A stretch of 64,000 nucleotides of DNA from assembly GCF_030144855.1 (NCBI RefSeq), contig NC_082728.1, positions 34,286,001 through 34,350,000 on the forward strand, written 5' to 3'. Shown piece after piece: positions 62,711 through 64,000 of the stretch. This DNA is from Hypanus sabinus (taxonomy: Eukaryota). Position 1 is the stretch's first letter. Every line of letters begins with the position of its first letter. Both the position numbers and the translations under genes were made by a program. Below the pieces are notes generated by a model, which made no database searches, was not told where the DNA came from, and saw only the letters and a program-made list of their open reading frames with translations.

Positions 62711-63324
62711 TGGAGTACAGCAGTGAAGCATGAAGTTGTATAGTTCATCCAGCACTAACAGGGAATCTGGCTACATATGGTGGTGCAGGGAAAGAATTTA
62801 GTGGCCTATAATTGTTTGAATGTTGGAAATTTGTCATCATGCTAGACAAATAATTTTGCGTTAAATGTAAGTGCATTGTATTGAATGTGCTCAAATTACC
62901 ATGTCAGGTACAGAATTTGCAATTGTCTGCAGTGTATAAAATAGATCATGTAGTTTATAATTTGAAAATAAATAATAGTAAATATTCAAGCTTCTAGTAT
63001 ATTTATAAGAAAAGTAGTGATAGTATAGTGATGTATTAGTTAGCAGGACGAAGTTTTTGAAGTCCCAGAATATCAAGCATTTATTCCAGTTGACAGTATT
63101 CCTAACAGATATTGTGTAGAAATATTGCTATTTCCCTGAACAGTTGCCATTGATGTTGGCAGTTTCCACACATGCAGATGTTTATAAATACCTGAAAATG
63201 TGTGATGCTAGGACTTATTTGCTTGACCCTTTATGGAGTACAGCAGTGAAGCATGAAGTTGTATAGTTCATCCAGCACTAACAGGGAATCTGGTTACATA
63301 TGGTGCAGGGAAAGAATTTAGTGG
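62711..63324 (+). repeat. Dispersed direct repeat (62711-62804 and 63234-63324)
   Basis: 94 and 91 bp, differing by one substitution and one TGG indel. Confidence 0.9.
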
Positions 63325-63840
63325 AAACTGGCTGCAGATATGTCTGCAATATGTAATAGCTTCTCTAGATTTTTTTGTATTTTAAATAGCTTGGGTTTTT
63401 ACAAGGAGTGAAATAATTAGAACATTTTGACAGCTGTCTAAATAATGCTGTCAGAGTATTTCTCATGTAGGTGGACGTTATCCTGACCTCTTCCTTCCAG
63501 TGATAAAATGAATATTGCAAAAGATGCAGAACCTCACTCCTGAGTATGTGGCAGCCTTCATCCAGTACCACACAACCTATAGCTTGCAAGCAAAGTGCGA
63601 GGCTAGATGACTTGCTATAGACGAACACAATTAATTGATTCTGTGTTTACAGTGTCAGTCCATTCAGAATATTCACTTTCAATAGCAGACAAGAGATGAA
63701 GGGGAGCTGGCTGGTGAATGGAGAGAAGGTATTTGGGACTGCCTGGCAGGGAGGGATATGTTCTCAACATAGGCCAGTTGTCTCTCCTGAGGTAGACAAG
63801 ATATTAAGATACCTATTAAGAAAAACATAGAATAGACTCT

Positions 63841-64000
63841 TGTGCGTGGCCTAGTGGATAAGGGATTGGAAGAGTAATCTGAAGGTCACTGGTTCGAGCC
63901 TCAGCTGAGGCAGCGTGTTGTGTCCTTGAGCAAGGCACATAACAACACCTTGCTCTGCGACGACACCGGTGCCAAGCTGCTTGGGTCCTAGTGCCCTTCC
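63841..64000 (+). mobile_element. tRNA-derived SINE, 5' part
   Basis: A box TGGCCTAGTGG (63847-63857) and B box GGTTCGAGCC (63891-63900), followed by gtgttgtgtccttgagcaaggcac and a module shared with 17400-17420. Confidence 0.75.

Noticed and set aside
63841-63915. tRNA gene
   Set aside because: It has A and B boxes but no convincing cloverleaf, and it continues directly into SINE body sequence.
60742-64000. NARF exon 4 (expected VSVCPQSLPYFAAKF)
   Set aside because: Not found. It is presumably beyond position 64000.

Overview
Vertebrate genomic DNA, most likely a cartilaginous fish (inferred from the repeat mix of Penelope-like elements, V-SINEs, CR1 and Rex1/Babar LINEs). It carries the four-gene block OGFOD3(-, 5' part) / HEXD(+, complete, 12 coding exons, 491 aa) / CYBC1(-, complete, 6 core coding exons, 190 aa) / NARF(+, first 3 coding exons). 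The genes form two head-to-head pairs with CpG-rich bidirectional promoters, in the same order as human 17q25.3. Introns and intergenic DNA are full of mobile elements. Most notable: (i) a young, 4.2-kb full-length Ty3/gypsy element with CsRn1-lineage hallmarks (tRNA-Trp PBS, CHCC Gag knuckle, 4-bp TSD) and a clear -1 frameshift signal, in OGFOD3 intron 1; (ii) Penelope-like inserts with minimal hammerhead ribozyme motifs and recurrent 14-15-bp TSDs, one with an arm starting exactly at the predicted cleavage site; (iii) a 730-bp orphan decayed coding fragment captured inside a Tc1 MITE; (iv) two upstream exons that could add 46 aa in frame to CYBC1; (v) a GC-rich 40-bp tandem repeat beside the OGFOD3/HEXD promoter. 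Gene identities come from my recognition of the translated exons, and no database search was run. Repeat boundaries without TSDs are approximate.
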